Source: Eledone cirrhosa | Lineage: Eukaryota | Assembly: GCA_964016885.1 (NCBI GenBank) | Contig: OZ024755.1 | Span: 11,718,001-11,782,000, forward strand | Length of the DNA stretch: 64,000 nucleotides | Reading direction: 5' to 3' | Part shown: piece after piece, positions 20,577 to 33,280 of the stretch | Layout: each line of letters begins with the position of its first letter | How positions within the stretch are numbered: the stretch's first letter is position 1 | Notes under the pieces: model-generated | Databases searched by the model: none | The model's input: only the letters and a program-made list of their open reading frames with translations | What the model was told of the DNA's origin: nothing | Program-made: the position numbers and the translations under genes

Positions 20577-21235
20577 TATATATATATTTATTATATATAT
20601 ATTTATTATATATATATATATATATATTTATATATTATATATATTTATTATATATATATTTATTATATATATATATATATATATATATTTATTATATTTT
20701 TTCCTCGCACATATCCTCCCTTCGTTAATTTTCAAAATTTTTAATTTATACAGTATCTTCCAACGGTTTTCAACCCCTCTATATAAAATATATCTCCTCT
20801 CAGTTATAAAAACTATCTCTTTCTCTCTATCACCCATCTCTCCCTCTCATCTCCTTCCCTTTTCATCCCTTTTCATCCCTTTCTCTCCCCCCCTCTCTAA
20901 ATAAAATATTTTTCCCAATATCACACATCAATCTAAAACCACTTTTCATATGTTGATTTAAAACTGCACTATCAACAAGTGTTTTTTTAGCCTTCATATC
21001 ATGTTCTCCTGTTTTATCTGATGAAAACACAAATATTATTGTTTGATGATGTTTGTTTTTGAAATGCGCATAATAAAATATATTGAACTCCTTTAACCAT
21101 CTTTTGATCTTATATTATGCATACTCCAGTCCCACAAACTGTAGAGTGCTTCTTATCCGATATCTGCATTGCTTTATTGTACTACAATAAAACTCACCTC
21201 CTACATATTTATTATATATATATATATATATTTAT

Positions 21236-21288
<53 letters not shown>

Positions 21289-21507
21289 ATATATATATAT
21301 TTATTATATATATATATATATATATATTTATTATATATATATATATTATATATATTTATTATATATATATATATATATATTATATATATTTATTATATAT
21401 ATATATATTTATTATATATATATATATATATATATATTTATTATATATATATATTATATATATATATTTATTATATATATATATTATATATATATATTTA
21501 TTATATA

Positions 21508-21547
<40 letters not shown>

Positions 21548-21591
21548 TATATATATATATTATATATATATATATATTTATTATATATATT

Positions 21592-21627
<36 letters not shown>

Positions 21628-21633
21628 TATATA

Positions 21634-21677
<44 letters not shown>

Positions 21678-21734
21678 TATATATATATATTATATATATA
21701 TATATATTTATTATATATATTTATTATATATATT

Positions 21735-21772
<38 letters not shown>

Positions 21773-21846
21773 TATATATATATATTATATATATATATAT
21801 ATTTATTATATATATATATTATATATATATATATATATTTATTATA

Positions 21847-21891
<45 letters not shown>

Positions 21892-21937
21892 ATTATATAT
21901 ATATATATATATTTATTATATATATATATATATTATA

Positions 21938-21980
<43 letters not shown>

Positions 21981-22042
21981 ATATATTTATATTTATATTT
22001 ATATATTATATATATATATATATTTATATTTATATTTATATT

Positions 22043-22080
<38 letters not shown>

Positions 22081-22134
22081 TTATTATATATATATTTATA
22101 TATATATTTATTATATATATATATATATATTTAT

Positions 22135-22165
<31 letters not shown>

Positions 22166-22171
22166 ATTTAT

Positions 22172-22220
<49 letters not shown>

Positions 22221-22664
22221 TTATTATATATTTATATATATATTTATTATATATATATATATATATTTATTATATATATATATATATTTATTATATATAT
22301 ATTTATTTATTATATATATATTTATTATATATATATATATATTTATTATATATATATTTATTATATATATATATATATTTATTATATATATATATATATA
22401 TTTATTATATATATATATATATATTTATTATATATATATATATATATATATTTATTATATATATATATATATTTATTATATATATATATATATATATATT
22501 TATTATATATATATATATATTATATATATATATTTATTATATATATATATATATATATTTATTATATATATATATATATTTATTATATATATATATATAT
22601 TTATTATATATATATATATATTTATTATATATATATATATATTTATTATATATATATATATATT

Positions 22665-22712
<48 letters not shown>

Positions 22713-22745
22713 TATATATATATATATATATATTTATTATATATA
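18072..22745. repeat. (TA)n array with TTTATTA interruptions, split by an island at ~20698-21205
   Basis: Direct inspection. Confidence 0.97.
21012..21078 (+). ncRNA. Type I hammerhead ribozyme motif with palindromic stem III
   Basis: ttttat CTGATGA aaa...ttt GAAA tgcgca TA ataaaa. Confidence 0.7.
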
Positions 22746-22863
22746 TAGATAGATTATTTATTTAACATTTCGACAGCATGTAAAAATCGACCAGATATAC
22801 AATCAACCAAACACAATTACGTGTAAAGTTGAACTTAGAAGAATTGTGTACATATCTAATTAC

Positions 22864-22937
22864 CTCTACCATGGTTTCATCCGTATTTTAAGACATCCGA
22901 AAACAGGGGATGTCCAGAGCTTCGGAATCATCAGGAG
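22864..22937 (-). ncRNA. Type I hammerhead ribozyme motif with palindromic stem III and extended stem II
   Basis: ctc CTGATGA t tccg..gacatcc/ggatgtc..cgga t GAAA ccatgg TA gag. Confidence 0.65.
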
Positions 22938-22971
22938 CGAACTCAAATTAGACATTTAATTTTCCAATTTT

Positions 22972-23228
22972 CCTTGAATAAACCCTTTATTTCCCGTTGC
23001 TCCAGTTCACTCGGCCGTAGAAATGAGTTGCGATGTCACATGTGCCAAAACGTATCGACTTTTGCCTTTCCATTGGACAACATCGGTAGCATGAAGAGGG
23101 GACATTGGTATGCATCGGCAACTGCTGGTTTTCTACTAAAACATCGTGCCCAGTCATATGCATGGGAGGGGAACTTTCTAGATGCAATTCTCATGGTTAC
23201 TCGTGACCGAAGAAGATCTTTACCTTTG
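22972..23228 (+). mobile_element. SINE family B body and tail (head missing)
   Basis: Colinear with 48990-49235. Confidence 0.75.
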
Positions 23229-23249
23229 AGAAGGGAATGACCTGCGAAC

Positions 23250-23750
23250 CCTCAACAGTCTGTTTTCTCTTGTGTACACCTAGTCTCCCATCAGTTCCCG
23301 TGGAAGTCCTCCACCAGCTCCTGGTACTATCCTCTCTTCGCAGGCAACAATAACTTCCGGAAGAATGAGCTCTATTATCATCTCGAAAACCAAGATGATG
23401 TTTGGTCTGAACATGGACAGTGAAAGTGATAGCATTTTCAGCCAAATCTCCAGGCCACGTGTTTATTCAATCAAACCGGCCTAGTAGTTTAGGGTCTTCT
23501 CTTCGGTTGTTCAGCCTCCTTCACAAGTTAGTATGACTGTTTGGATGAGAACATGCACGTCTTTGGCAAACAACTGAAGTGTTTGAATACTGCCGGTATG
23601 GTTTATTCAAATAAAGGTTGTTGTTTTGATAGCAGATCCTTTATACTTCCAAAGCAACAAATGATCTGGTCCATGTAGAATTTCTGCTTAAATTGGTGCT
23701 GGAAAATCAACAACAGATTCTTTGCGCCTATTACAATAACGGTATTTTCT
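23250..23750 (-). pseudogene. Highly decayed LINE reverse-transcriptase N-terminal fragment
   Basis: Frame-shifted traces in the expected order: GPDHL, DPK..RPV*L, HHLGFRDD (compare PGPDG, YRPISL, QxGFR). Confidence 0.35.
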
Positions 23751-24194
23751 TGCGTCACCAGAACTCCGATGTAAATTCGATGTAATTGAAAATTATCTTC
23801 ACAAATCCTTATTTGTCAAGTGAATGTTACAATATTACTTGCATGAATATACATTGAAATTGTCGAGGAGATAGTTATAACAATGCTTTAGTCAAAGACA
23901 CACTTCGAAGAAATAGTTTGCCTGTGAAAGAAGCCTTTGATAAAAATGCGTTTGATTAATCTCAATGCATTGCTGAACACAATTCCTTGTTTGGTTTAGT
24001 TGAAGTCCTCCTAGACAAAACTATCCTCCCTACCGACCCCTCTGCATTTTCTGTTTCTCTAAATATATAAACACATGTGAATGTCCGTATATGTATGCAT
24101 CCATGTATGCATGTGTGTATGTATCCATGCACAGGTATGTACGCATCCATGTATGCATGTGTGTATGTATCCATGCACATGTATGTACGCATGT

Positions 24195-24370
24195 ATCGGT
24201 AGAGGGTCAGACACCATGCTTTGCAGCAAAGAGTTACGGCCCTTTATGTTCATAGTTCAAATCCCGCCGAGGTTAACTTTGCCTTTCATCCTTACGGGTT
24301 CGATAAAATAAAGTACCAGTAATGTACTGGTGATTGCTGGCCTTGTGCCAAAAGTAGAAACAATTATTAG
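24195..24370 (+). mobile_element. SINE family A, short-tail variant
   Basis: GTTCAAATCCCGCCGAGGTTAACTTTGCCTTTCATCC...GTACCAGTAATGTACTGG...GGCCTTGTGCC. Confidence 0.8.
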
Positions 24371-24439
24371 ATAACGTAGTCGATGTTAATCTCTGTCTAG
24401 TAAAGAAAACAAATACACCTAGAGTCACAAATATTTCTG

Positions 24440-24580
24440 TATAGCTAATGAGTTCACTTCGCAACACCTGCTTTTGGTTTCAGTCCCACATGGCCAAGTA
24501 TCTTCTACTATAGCTTCCGGTTAACCAATGCCTTATCAGTGGAATTTGTGAGATCGAAACTGTGCGTACGCCCTTCGTAT
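24440..24580 (+). mobile_element. Diverged tRNA-derived SINE (third family)
   Basis: GGTTTCAGTCCCAC..GGCCAAGTATCTTCTACTATAGC...GAAACTG. Related pieces at ~31972-32080 and, on the minus strand, ~50160-50250. Confidence 0.55.
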
Positions 24581-25036
24581 AAATAAATAAATATATATAT
24601 CTGAGTGAATGCGTGTGCCTCTGAGTATGCGCGTGCGTATGTACGTGTGTGTAGGTGTAAATACGTGTCCGTATCGGGGTGAAAACAGAGAATTTATACA
24701 ATAAACAGTTTCATTAAATAAATACCAGAGTTAAAAAGAAAATTAAAAGAGATTCTCGGGCCGTTATGACCGACTAGATCCGTTCAAGACGATGTATAAG
24801 TGTGGCCATAGTCTGAAGAATGAAACCAAGAATAATAAAAGAATATATTATAGACGTCAACAGACAATTTAGAAAGATAATGTTATATTGACACAGGAAA
24901 GATGAAAGAGAAAATCGATTTTAAAGGAGGGGGTTGAGGTATATGAAACAAGCAGTAACAGATCAATTAGTCCAACTTAACCTGTTTAATCGAGGGAGCG
25001 GCATCTTCAAAGAAGAATCAGTGTTATTTACAAGAT

Positions 25037-25073
<37 letters not shown>

Positions 25074-25114
25074 TGTATATATATATGTCAATATTTATTT
25101 ATAAAACAAATCTG

Positions 25115-25180
25115 TATTTTATCTGATGAAAGCGCACCATAATTTATCTTGGTCGCCCTTGAAATATACATAATAAAATA
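25115..25180 (+). ncRNA. Type I hammerhead ribozyme motif
   Basis: tattttat CTGATGA aag-cg-c-acca..tggt-cg-cc-ctt GAAA tataca TA ataaaata. 8-bp stem I; same flanks as the 21012 motif. Confidence 0.7.
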
Positions 25181-25310
25181 ATTATGCTTTTATAAATATA
25201 GTTTCCATTTATTAATATATTGTGTATATATATATATATATACGGAGAGAGAAAGAGAGAGAGAGACACACACACACGTATGTATGTACGTATGTATGTA
25301 TGTATGTATG

Positions 25311-25611
25311 TTCTTTTTGGTAAATATCATCTTGGTTAAGAGAGTGGGACTGGCTTTGTGCAGTGCCTTTGCTCATTATAAAAGCTTCACGGCACAGGCA
25401 TTGCGTTATATCTGGAGATCTCTCTGCACTTGTCACATGGTACCATGGTCCCAGCACTATGTGTCAATAATTGTCGCAGGTTTAGTGTTTGTACCAGAGT
25501 TTTCAAGTCGCTGGCTGGACTAAAAAGTCACACTCGTTCAGCGCATCGGTAGGGGTTCTCCTACATGGATATAAAGTAGTGGCCGTACTCGAAAACGAGT
25601 TGGCAGCCACC
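25311..25611 (-). mobile_element. Complete ~300-bp short element flanked on both sides by (CATA)n
   Basis: Minus strand reads (CATA)n-GGTGGCTGCC...TTTACCAAAAAGAA-(CATA)n; second copy at 1-250. Confidence 0.8.
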
Positions 25612-25662
25612 ATGTATGTATGTATGTATGTATGTATGTATGTATGTATGTGTGTGTGTGTG

Positions 25663-25693
<31 letters not shown>

Positions 25694-25729
25694 CTATATC
25701 TATTGATATTTATATATAGATATTTATAT

Positions 25730-25798
<69 letters not shown>

Positions 25799-25929
25799 CT
25801 TGGGTGTGTATGTGTTTATATATTTTCTTTATTATTCAGTCAGTGTGTGAAGCGTGATTTTTGACTAGACATAAGCTGTAAGTGCGGTGGTAAGGACTGT
25901 GTAGTGAGATTGCCAAGGACAAAGGCACG

Positions 25930-27010
25930 ATGACACGACTGAGGTGACACAGACAGCTATAGAAGTAACAACACCTGCAACAGATGCAGCAAAGACAATA
26001 ACAGCAGCAGCAACAGCAGTAGCAGCAGAGAGATAGTGACAGACAACAACGACGACGCCAGCAGCAGCACCAGTTGCAGCGACAGCAACAGTTGCAGCGA
26101 CAGACAACAACAACAACAACAGCAGCAACGGCATCAGTTGCAGCGACAGCAACAGTTGCAGCGACAGACAACAACAACAGCAGCAGCTGTAGCAGTAGAG
26201 ACAAACAACAATAGCAATATTAACAACGATAGAGATAATAGTAGAAAACAGCAGCAGCATTACCAGGTGCAGCAGTTGCAGCAACAACAACAGCAGCAAT
26301 ACAGCAGCAATAGAGATAGTGAACGGAAAGAACTGCAGAGAAAGTCTACAAACAACTACACCAACATCAACAACAACACCAACACTAAAAACAACAACAC
26401 CACCAACACCAACAACACCACCAACAACAACAACAACAACAACACCAACACCACCACCAACAACAACACCACCACCAACAACACCACCACCACCACCACC
26501 AACAACACCACCACCACTAAAAACAACACCAACAACAACACCACCACCAACACTAAAAACAACACCAACAACACCAACACCACCAACAACACCAAAAACA
26601 ACAACACCAACAACACCACCAACACCAACACCAACACCACCACCAACAAGACCACCAACAAGACCACCAACAACACCACCAACAACAACACCAACACCAA
26701 CACCAACAACAACACCAACACCAACACCAACAACACCAACAACAGAGACTGAGAAAGTGATAGACAATGCCACCAGCATTGGTAGTAGTAGTAGTAGTAG
26801 TAATAGTGATGGTGTTGGTAGTAATAGTAGTAGTAGTACAGTAGTAGTGGTAGTAATAGAAGTAGTAGTAGTAGTGATGGTGTTGGTGGTGGTAGTAATT
26901 GTAGTAGTAGTAGTAGTAGTAGAAATAGTAGTAATAGTAGTGATGGTGTTGGTGGTGGTAGTAGTAGTGGTAGTAGCTGTAGTAGTAGTAGCAGTAGTGG
27001 TGGAGGTAGT
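25930..27010. repeat. Cryptic trinucleotide mosaic (CAG/CAA, then AAC/ACC, then GTA/GTG)
   Basis: Direct inspection. Confidence 0.9.
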
Positions 27011-27059
27011 TACACTAACCATGCGTTCACCACGCCGGTAACACGCTGAAGAAATGATG

Positions 27060-28720
27060 ACATCGGCTGCTGCTGCTGCACCTATTTATTGCAGCAGCTA
27101 CTCTTTCGTTGCACTTGTTGTCATGCTGCTGCTGCTGTTGTTATAGTTACTGTTGTTGATGTCATTGCTGCTGCTGTCGTTGCTGCTGCTGTTGTCGTTG
27201 TTGTTGATGTCGTTGTTGATGTCACTGTTGTTGTAGCTGCTTTTGTTGTTATTATTGTTGTAGACTTTGTTGTTGCTGTTATTGGTGTTACTGTTGTTGT
27301 AGTTGCTTTTGTTGTTGCTATTGTTGTGGTTGTTGTAGTTGATTCTGTTGTTGCTGTTATTGTTGTTGTTGTTGACTGTTATTGGTGTTACTGTTGTAGT
27401 TGCTTTTGTTGTTGTTGTAGACTTTGTTGCTGTTATTGGTGTTACTGTTGTTGCTTTTGTTGTTGCTATTGTTGTGGTTGTTGTAGTTGATTCTGTTGTT
27501 GCTGTTATTGTTGTTGTTGACTGTTATTGGTGTTACTGTTGTAGTTGCTTTTGTTGTTGTTGTTGTAGACTTTGTTGCTGTTATTGGTGTTACTGTTGTT
27601 GCTTTTGTTGTTGCTATTGTTGTGGTTGTTGTAGTTGATTCTGTTGTTGCTGTTATTGTTGTTGTTGACTGTTATTGGTGTTACTGTTGTAGTTGCTTTT
27701 GTTGTTGTTGTTGTAGACTTTGTTGCTGTTATTGGTGTTACTGTTGTTGCTTTTGTTGTTGCTATTGTTGTGGTAGTTGATTCTGTTGTTGCTGTTATTG
27801 TTGTTGTTGTTGACTGTTATTGGTGTTACTGTTGTAGTTGCTTTTGTTGTTGTTGTAGACTTTGTTGCTGTTATTGGTGTTACTGTTGTTGCTTTTGTTG
27901 TTGCTATTGTTGTGGTAGTTGATTCTGTTGTTGCTGTTATTGTTGTTGTTGTTGACTGTTATTGGTGTTACTGTTGTAGTTGCTTTTGTTGTTGTTGTAG
28001 ACTTTGTTGCTGTTATTGGTGTTACTGTTGTTGCTTTTGTTGTTGCTATTGTTGTGGTTGTAGTTGATTCTGTTGCTGTTATTGTTGTTGTTGTTGACTG
28101 TTGTTGATGTTATTGGTGTTACTGTTGTAGTTGCTTTTGTTGTTGTTGCTATTGTTGTGGTTGTTGTAGTTGATTCTGTTGTTGCTGTTATTGGTGTTGT
28201 TACTGTTGTCGTACTTGTCATAGGCGTGGTGTTTCTTTTACTTTTCATGTCGTCGTGTTGTTGTTGTCACAGTCTTGTTGTCTGTCTTGGTGTCTGTGTT
28301 GTTGTCACAGTCTTGTTGTCTGTGTTGTTGTTGTCAGTCTTGCTGTCTGTTGTTGTCATAGTCTTGTTGTTGTTGTTGTCACAGTCTTGTCTGTGTTGTT
28401 GTTGTCACAGTCTTGTCTGTTGTTGTCAGTCTTGTCAGTCTTGTTGGTGTTGTAGTTGTCACAGTCTTGTTGTTGTTGTCGTTGTCACAGTCTTGTTGTT
28501 GGTGTTCTTGTCACAGTCTTGTTGTTGTGATAGTCTTGTTGTTGTTGTGATAGTCTTGTTGTTGTTGTGATAGTCTTGTTGTTGTCATAGTAATCGTTTT
28601 GTTGTTATTTGCGTTATTTGTGTTATGTTTTATTTTTTTTTCTTACTGTTGACATTGTCATCAACGTGTCATTTCCGTCACCATGGTGGTTGTTGTTGTT
28701 GTTACTGTTGGTGTTTCCGT
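27060..28720. repeat. (GTT)n-based region with a ~142-148-bp higher-order repeat (~6-7 units, ~27220-28200) followed by GTTGTCACAGTCTT units
   Basis: Near-identical ORF starts at 27339, 27487, 27635, 27777, 27919 and 28064 give the period. Confidence 0.9.
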
Positions 28721-28769
28721 TATAGTGTTGCTGTTATTACCAAAAAGTTCTGGGATCAGTATATTCGAC

Positions 28770-28970
28770 TTCCCCTTCCCCACGACGACCCAGAGGTAGA
28801 CCCCGAGCAAGATGGTTGGATAACATCCATGACCTTGGCTGGTCTCGCTTGGGGTTCCAGCCAGAGATGGTTGCTTCGGGCAGGATCCGCTAGAAGGAGT
28901 GTTTGAGGACTATTCCCCCGCGACTCTTTCATGAATAAGTGGGTGGGCGAAGACGAAGAAGAGAAGAAGA
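28770..28970 (+). mobile_element. RTE-clade LINE 3' end (same family as 58090-58700)
   Basis: RRPRGRPRARWLDNIHDLGWSRLG...KECLRT, followed by a GAA-rich tail. Confidence 0.75.
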
Positions 28971-29835
28971 ATCGTTAGAGTGTCGGGCAGAACGCTCTGT
29001 GACATTTAGATTCCTTCTGAGTTCAAATCCGCCGAGGTTAGCTTTGCCTTTCATCCTTGCTGTGCCAATAAAATAAAGTACCAGTAATGCACTGGGGTCG
29101 ATTTAATTGACTTATCCCCTCCCCAAAAAATTGTTGGCGTTGTGCCTAAATCAGAAACCATAAAGGCAAAATTTACTACGACGGGATTTGAAAGCAGAAC
29201 ATATAGGGACGTAGCTAAATACCATAACTGCGTCTTGTTCGACGTTCTAAGGATTCTGCTAATCCACTGAAATAGCAGCATTGGTAATAATTGTTTCTGA
29301 TTTAGGCACAAGGCCAGCAATCACCCAGTGCAATAAAGTACCAGTAATGCACTGGGTGATTGCTGGCCTTGTGCCTAAAGTAGAAACAATTATTACTAAT
29401 GCTGCTATTTCAGTGGATTAGCAGAATCCTTAGAACGTCGAACAAGACGCAGTTATGGTATTTAGCTACGTCCCTATATGTTCTGTTTTCAAATCCCGCC
29501 GTAGTAAATTTTGCCTTTCATCCTTCAAGTGTATCACATACTAGACCAGGGTCGATATAATCGACTTTCCCTCCCTACGAATTACAGGCCTTGTGTCTAG
29601 ATTAGAAATCATTATTTTCATCTTCACGGGGGTCGATCAAATAAAGTACCAGTCACGCACTGGTGTCGATTTAATCGACTGGTTTGTGCCTATATAAGAA
29701 ACCATTATTTTCATTACGGCCCTTGCCATTATGAGTTCAAATCCCGCCGAGGTTAACTTTGCCTTTCATCCTTACGGGGTCGATACATTGAAATAATTGC
29801 TGGCCTTGTGCCAAAAGTAGAAACAATTATTATCA
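28970..29835. mobile_element. Cluster of SINE family A copies, including a 171-bp-arm inverted duplication (29162-29332 / 29348-29518)
   Basis: Direct comparison of the arms; repeated family A core. Confidence 0.85.
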
Positions 29836-30319
29836 TTACTACTACTACTATTACTTCTACTACTACTACTACTGTGACTACTACTACTGCTGTTGCGACT
29901 GTAACTGGTCATCGCGCCCCTATCATAAAATAGAACTCCGAAATCATTCCTTATCATCGGTTATTTGCGAATAGAGCTGCCACCAACACCACCCACATAT
30001 TTCTTACTCTTCCCCTCTCTCCCTCTCCCTCACATGCTTCTCTCTCACTCACACTGTCCTTGTCTGTCTCCAAACTTACATTCCTACTCCACCTCATCAA
30101 CGCCCTCCACATCCCCACCACCAACACAACCCATATATATATATATGGGATATTGGTACCCTTGAAATATATATATATATATATATATACTGTATATATT
30201 TTTTACTCTCTCCTTTTTCGTCGTTACCCCCCCCCCTCCCCCCACATAATCAGTATTATCAACGCCATCACACCACCACCACCATCCATATATTTCTTAC
30301 ATTCTCACCCCCTCCTCCA

Positions 30320-30590
30320 CAAACTCATTCTCTCCCTCTCAATCACACACACACACTCACTCTCTTCCCTCTCTCTCACACACTCACTCTCCCTCTTTCT
30401 CACACACTCTTTCACACACGCGCACTCTCTCACACACCCTCTCTCACACACACACTCTCTCCCTCTTTCTCTCATACACACACACACACTCACTATCTCA
30501 CTCTCTTCCTCTCTCACACACACACACTATCTCCCTCTCTCACACACACTCACTCTCTCTCCATCTCTCTCTCACACTCTCCCTCGTTGC
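30320..30590. repeat. (CT)/(CA) low-complexity tract
   Basis: Direct inspection. Confidence 0.85.
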
Positions 30591-30702
30591 CTAAGTCTGT
30601 CACTATCGTTACTTCCCCCACGCCACCACCAATACCACCACCACCACCACATATATTTCTTACCCTCTTTTCGTCCCCACCCTTCAAAACATCAGTATCA
30701 CC

Positions 30703-30738
<36 letters not shown>

Positions 30739-31743
30739 ACTCCCTTTCTCTTTCTCTCCTTCCCTCCTACCTCATCAGTATTTACATCAACACCGCCACC
30801 ACAACCCATATCTCTATGTTTGCCTCCATTTTTATCTCCTCACTCAACCACCTTAGCAATACTATCACCACCACCACCGCCATCAACAATAACAACAGCA
30901 ACATCGAGACCACCATCACCACTGTCATTAAGCGTCTGATAACACTTCACTACCTTGGCAACCTACCAAACACGCCTATATCTTAAACCCAAGACACCAC
31001 CACTATCATCATGATCTACAAAAAATAGCAGCTAAATTTCCCTCAAACTACACTCATCAATATCACATAACTAAGGCGCCGCCATCCCTATGGTCACGGT
31101 CATATGGTGTATCTACGTGTTGATTTGATCTCCTAGTAATAGTAGCCGAATCCCCTTCATACGACACCCCCATCAGGTGTGCAACATAATGGCTAGGGTG
31201 TTGGGCTCCCGATCGTAATGTCCTATGTTCAATTCCTGGACCAGGCGGTACATTATTGTCTTCAGTAAAACCCTTCACTTCACATAGTTTCAGTCTATTC
31301 GGTTGAAAATGAATATCAGCTGCAACTGGGAGTTATCCCTGCGGTGGACGGGCGTCCTATCCAGAGTAGGGGATGTCTTGTATTGTCAGTCACTCAAACC
31401 CAATGAAACAGAACTTGACTCCGGCGCGAAGAGGCTCCGGGTTTTGGCACAGGAATTTAACCTTTTTTTTAATTTGGTTTTAAGATCACATAACCAAAAT
31501 ACTTCCATGATCAGTCAATGGTTTCCGATACCTGTCCATTCGTTCTTCAAAATTTAACAGCCAAATTTTCCTACTGGTGTGGCTCGGCCTTTAACCATAG
31601 GTTTGACCCAGGAGTAAACACTACCACCAGCAACAGTAACTATATTGTGAAGGGCGTCTTTACCAGTCAGTCGTCCTGCAAGAAATAGCAAAGAAATTTT
31701 CTTCGAACTACTGTCTACCTGGTTATATAAAAACAAGATATAT

Positions 31744-31932
31744 AATTGTTTCTACTTTTGGCACAAGGCCAGCAATAACCCAGTGTATTACTGGTACTTT
31801 ATTTTATCAACCCCGTAAGGATAAAAGGCAAAGTTAACCTCAGCGGGATTTGAACTCAGACCGTAAAGGAACGTAACTATGCTAGTAAGCATGGCGTATG
31901 ATGCTCTACCGGTTCTGCCAATCCATCGCCTT
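31744..31932 (-). mobile_element. SINE family A, short-tail variant
   Basis: TTGTTTCTACTTTTGGCACAAGGCCAGCAAT..ACTGGTACTTTATTTTATC..GGGATTTGAACTCAG. Confidence 0.8.
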
Positions 31933-32766
31933 GTAAAAATAAGATATATAATGTTCTGATAACATGAAACCGAAGGCATGGGTGTGTGGTTCGTAAGGAG
32001 TTCGTTTTGCACCTACGTAATTTTTGGTTCAATCTCACTGCAAGCCTGTTTACTATATTCTTAACCTTGTGTAATGGATTATGTCTGTCTTGTCACATAT
32101 TGTGATGTTAGTTTGGCTTGGGAATAATGTTTAAGGATACACGTCCCTGTAGAATACAGTATACTTTAATTTATGATTTAATCGTTCACTAGATCGAACG
32201 TGTGAAAACTTATAATCGAAACTGACGTACGATCCATCATCATCACCACCACCCATACACCACTAGCCCTCCCCCTCCTCTGACACTGTTAACTGTTAAC
32301 ACTTTCCCACACATTAATTTGCAGCTGTCACTCTAACACAGCAACATGGACATATACATATAAAACACAGTGAAGTGAGACGTTAAAATGGCGGATTTAA
32401 TGATTTGCGTTATTCCTTTCGGCTCTTTACCCCGGGGGTTCAAATGCGACCGATGTTAACTTTACCATTCATCCTTTTGAGGTCGATAAGAAAGTACCAG
32501 TCCAGCTCTGGGGTCCATCCTCTCTCTGGAAGAAATCAGCTTTTCTCGGACCTGGAGAGGGTATGGGCTCAGCCAGGACTAAAAATCCGAGACTCGCTCT
32601 ATGTCACTTCCACAAACACATCATTTTAGCCATACCCAAACATCTGCATTCGTTTAAACATACATACACATACGTGCACAACAATACACACCCACTTACG
32701 CATACGTCAACATACAAATGCATGCACATCGTGTTACATATAAATACACATACTTACATACTCATT

Positions 32767-33280
32767 CATTTACACATACATAGGCAGACATACCTGTAAA
32801 TCCATTTACACATGTACAAATGCATACACCTCCATATACTTACACATACATAGGCAGACATACGTGTAAATCCATTTACACATATGTACAAATGCATATA
32901 CCTCCATTTACTTACACATACATAGGCAGACATACCTGTAAATCCATTTACACATATGTACAAATGCATACACCTCCATTTACTTACACATACATAGGCA
33001 GACATACCTGTAAATCCATTTACACATATGTACAAATGCATACACCTCCATTTACTTACACATACATAGGCAGACATACCTGTAAATCCATTTACACATA
33101 TGTACAAATGCATACACCTCCATTTACTTACACATACATAGGCAGACATACCTGTAAATCCATTTACACATATGTACAAATGCATACACCTCCATTTACT
33201 TACACATACATAGGCCGACATACCTGTAAATCCATTTACACATATGTACAAATGCATACACCTCCATTTACTTACACATA
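32767..33280. repeat. 72-bp minisatellite, about 7 near-identical units
   Basis: Unit CATTTACTTACACATACATAGGCAGACATACCTGTAAATCCATTTACACATATGTACAAATGCATACACCTC; 24-aa periodicity in the ORF track. Confidence 0.95.

Noticed and set aside
25575-25611. HDV-like ribozyme at the 5' end of the 300-bp element
   Set aside because: A P1-like 7-bp helix with a G-U pair is possible, but P1.1, P2, P3 and J4/2 cannot be placed; it is a simple hairpin.
25865-28570. Mucin-like or poly-Q/N/T/V ORFs
   Set aside because: Trinucleotide repeats open in several frames; no signal peptide, domain or clear splice context.
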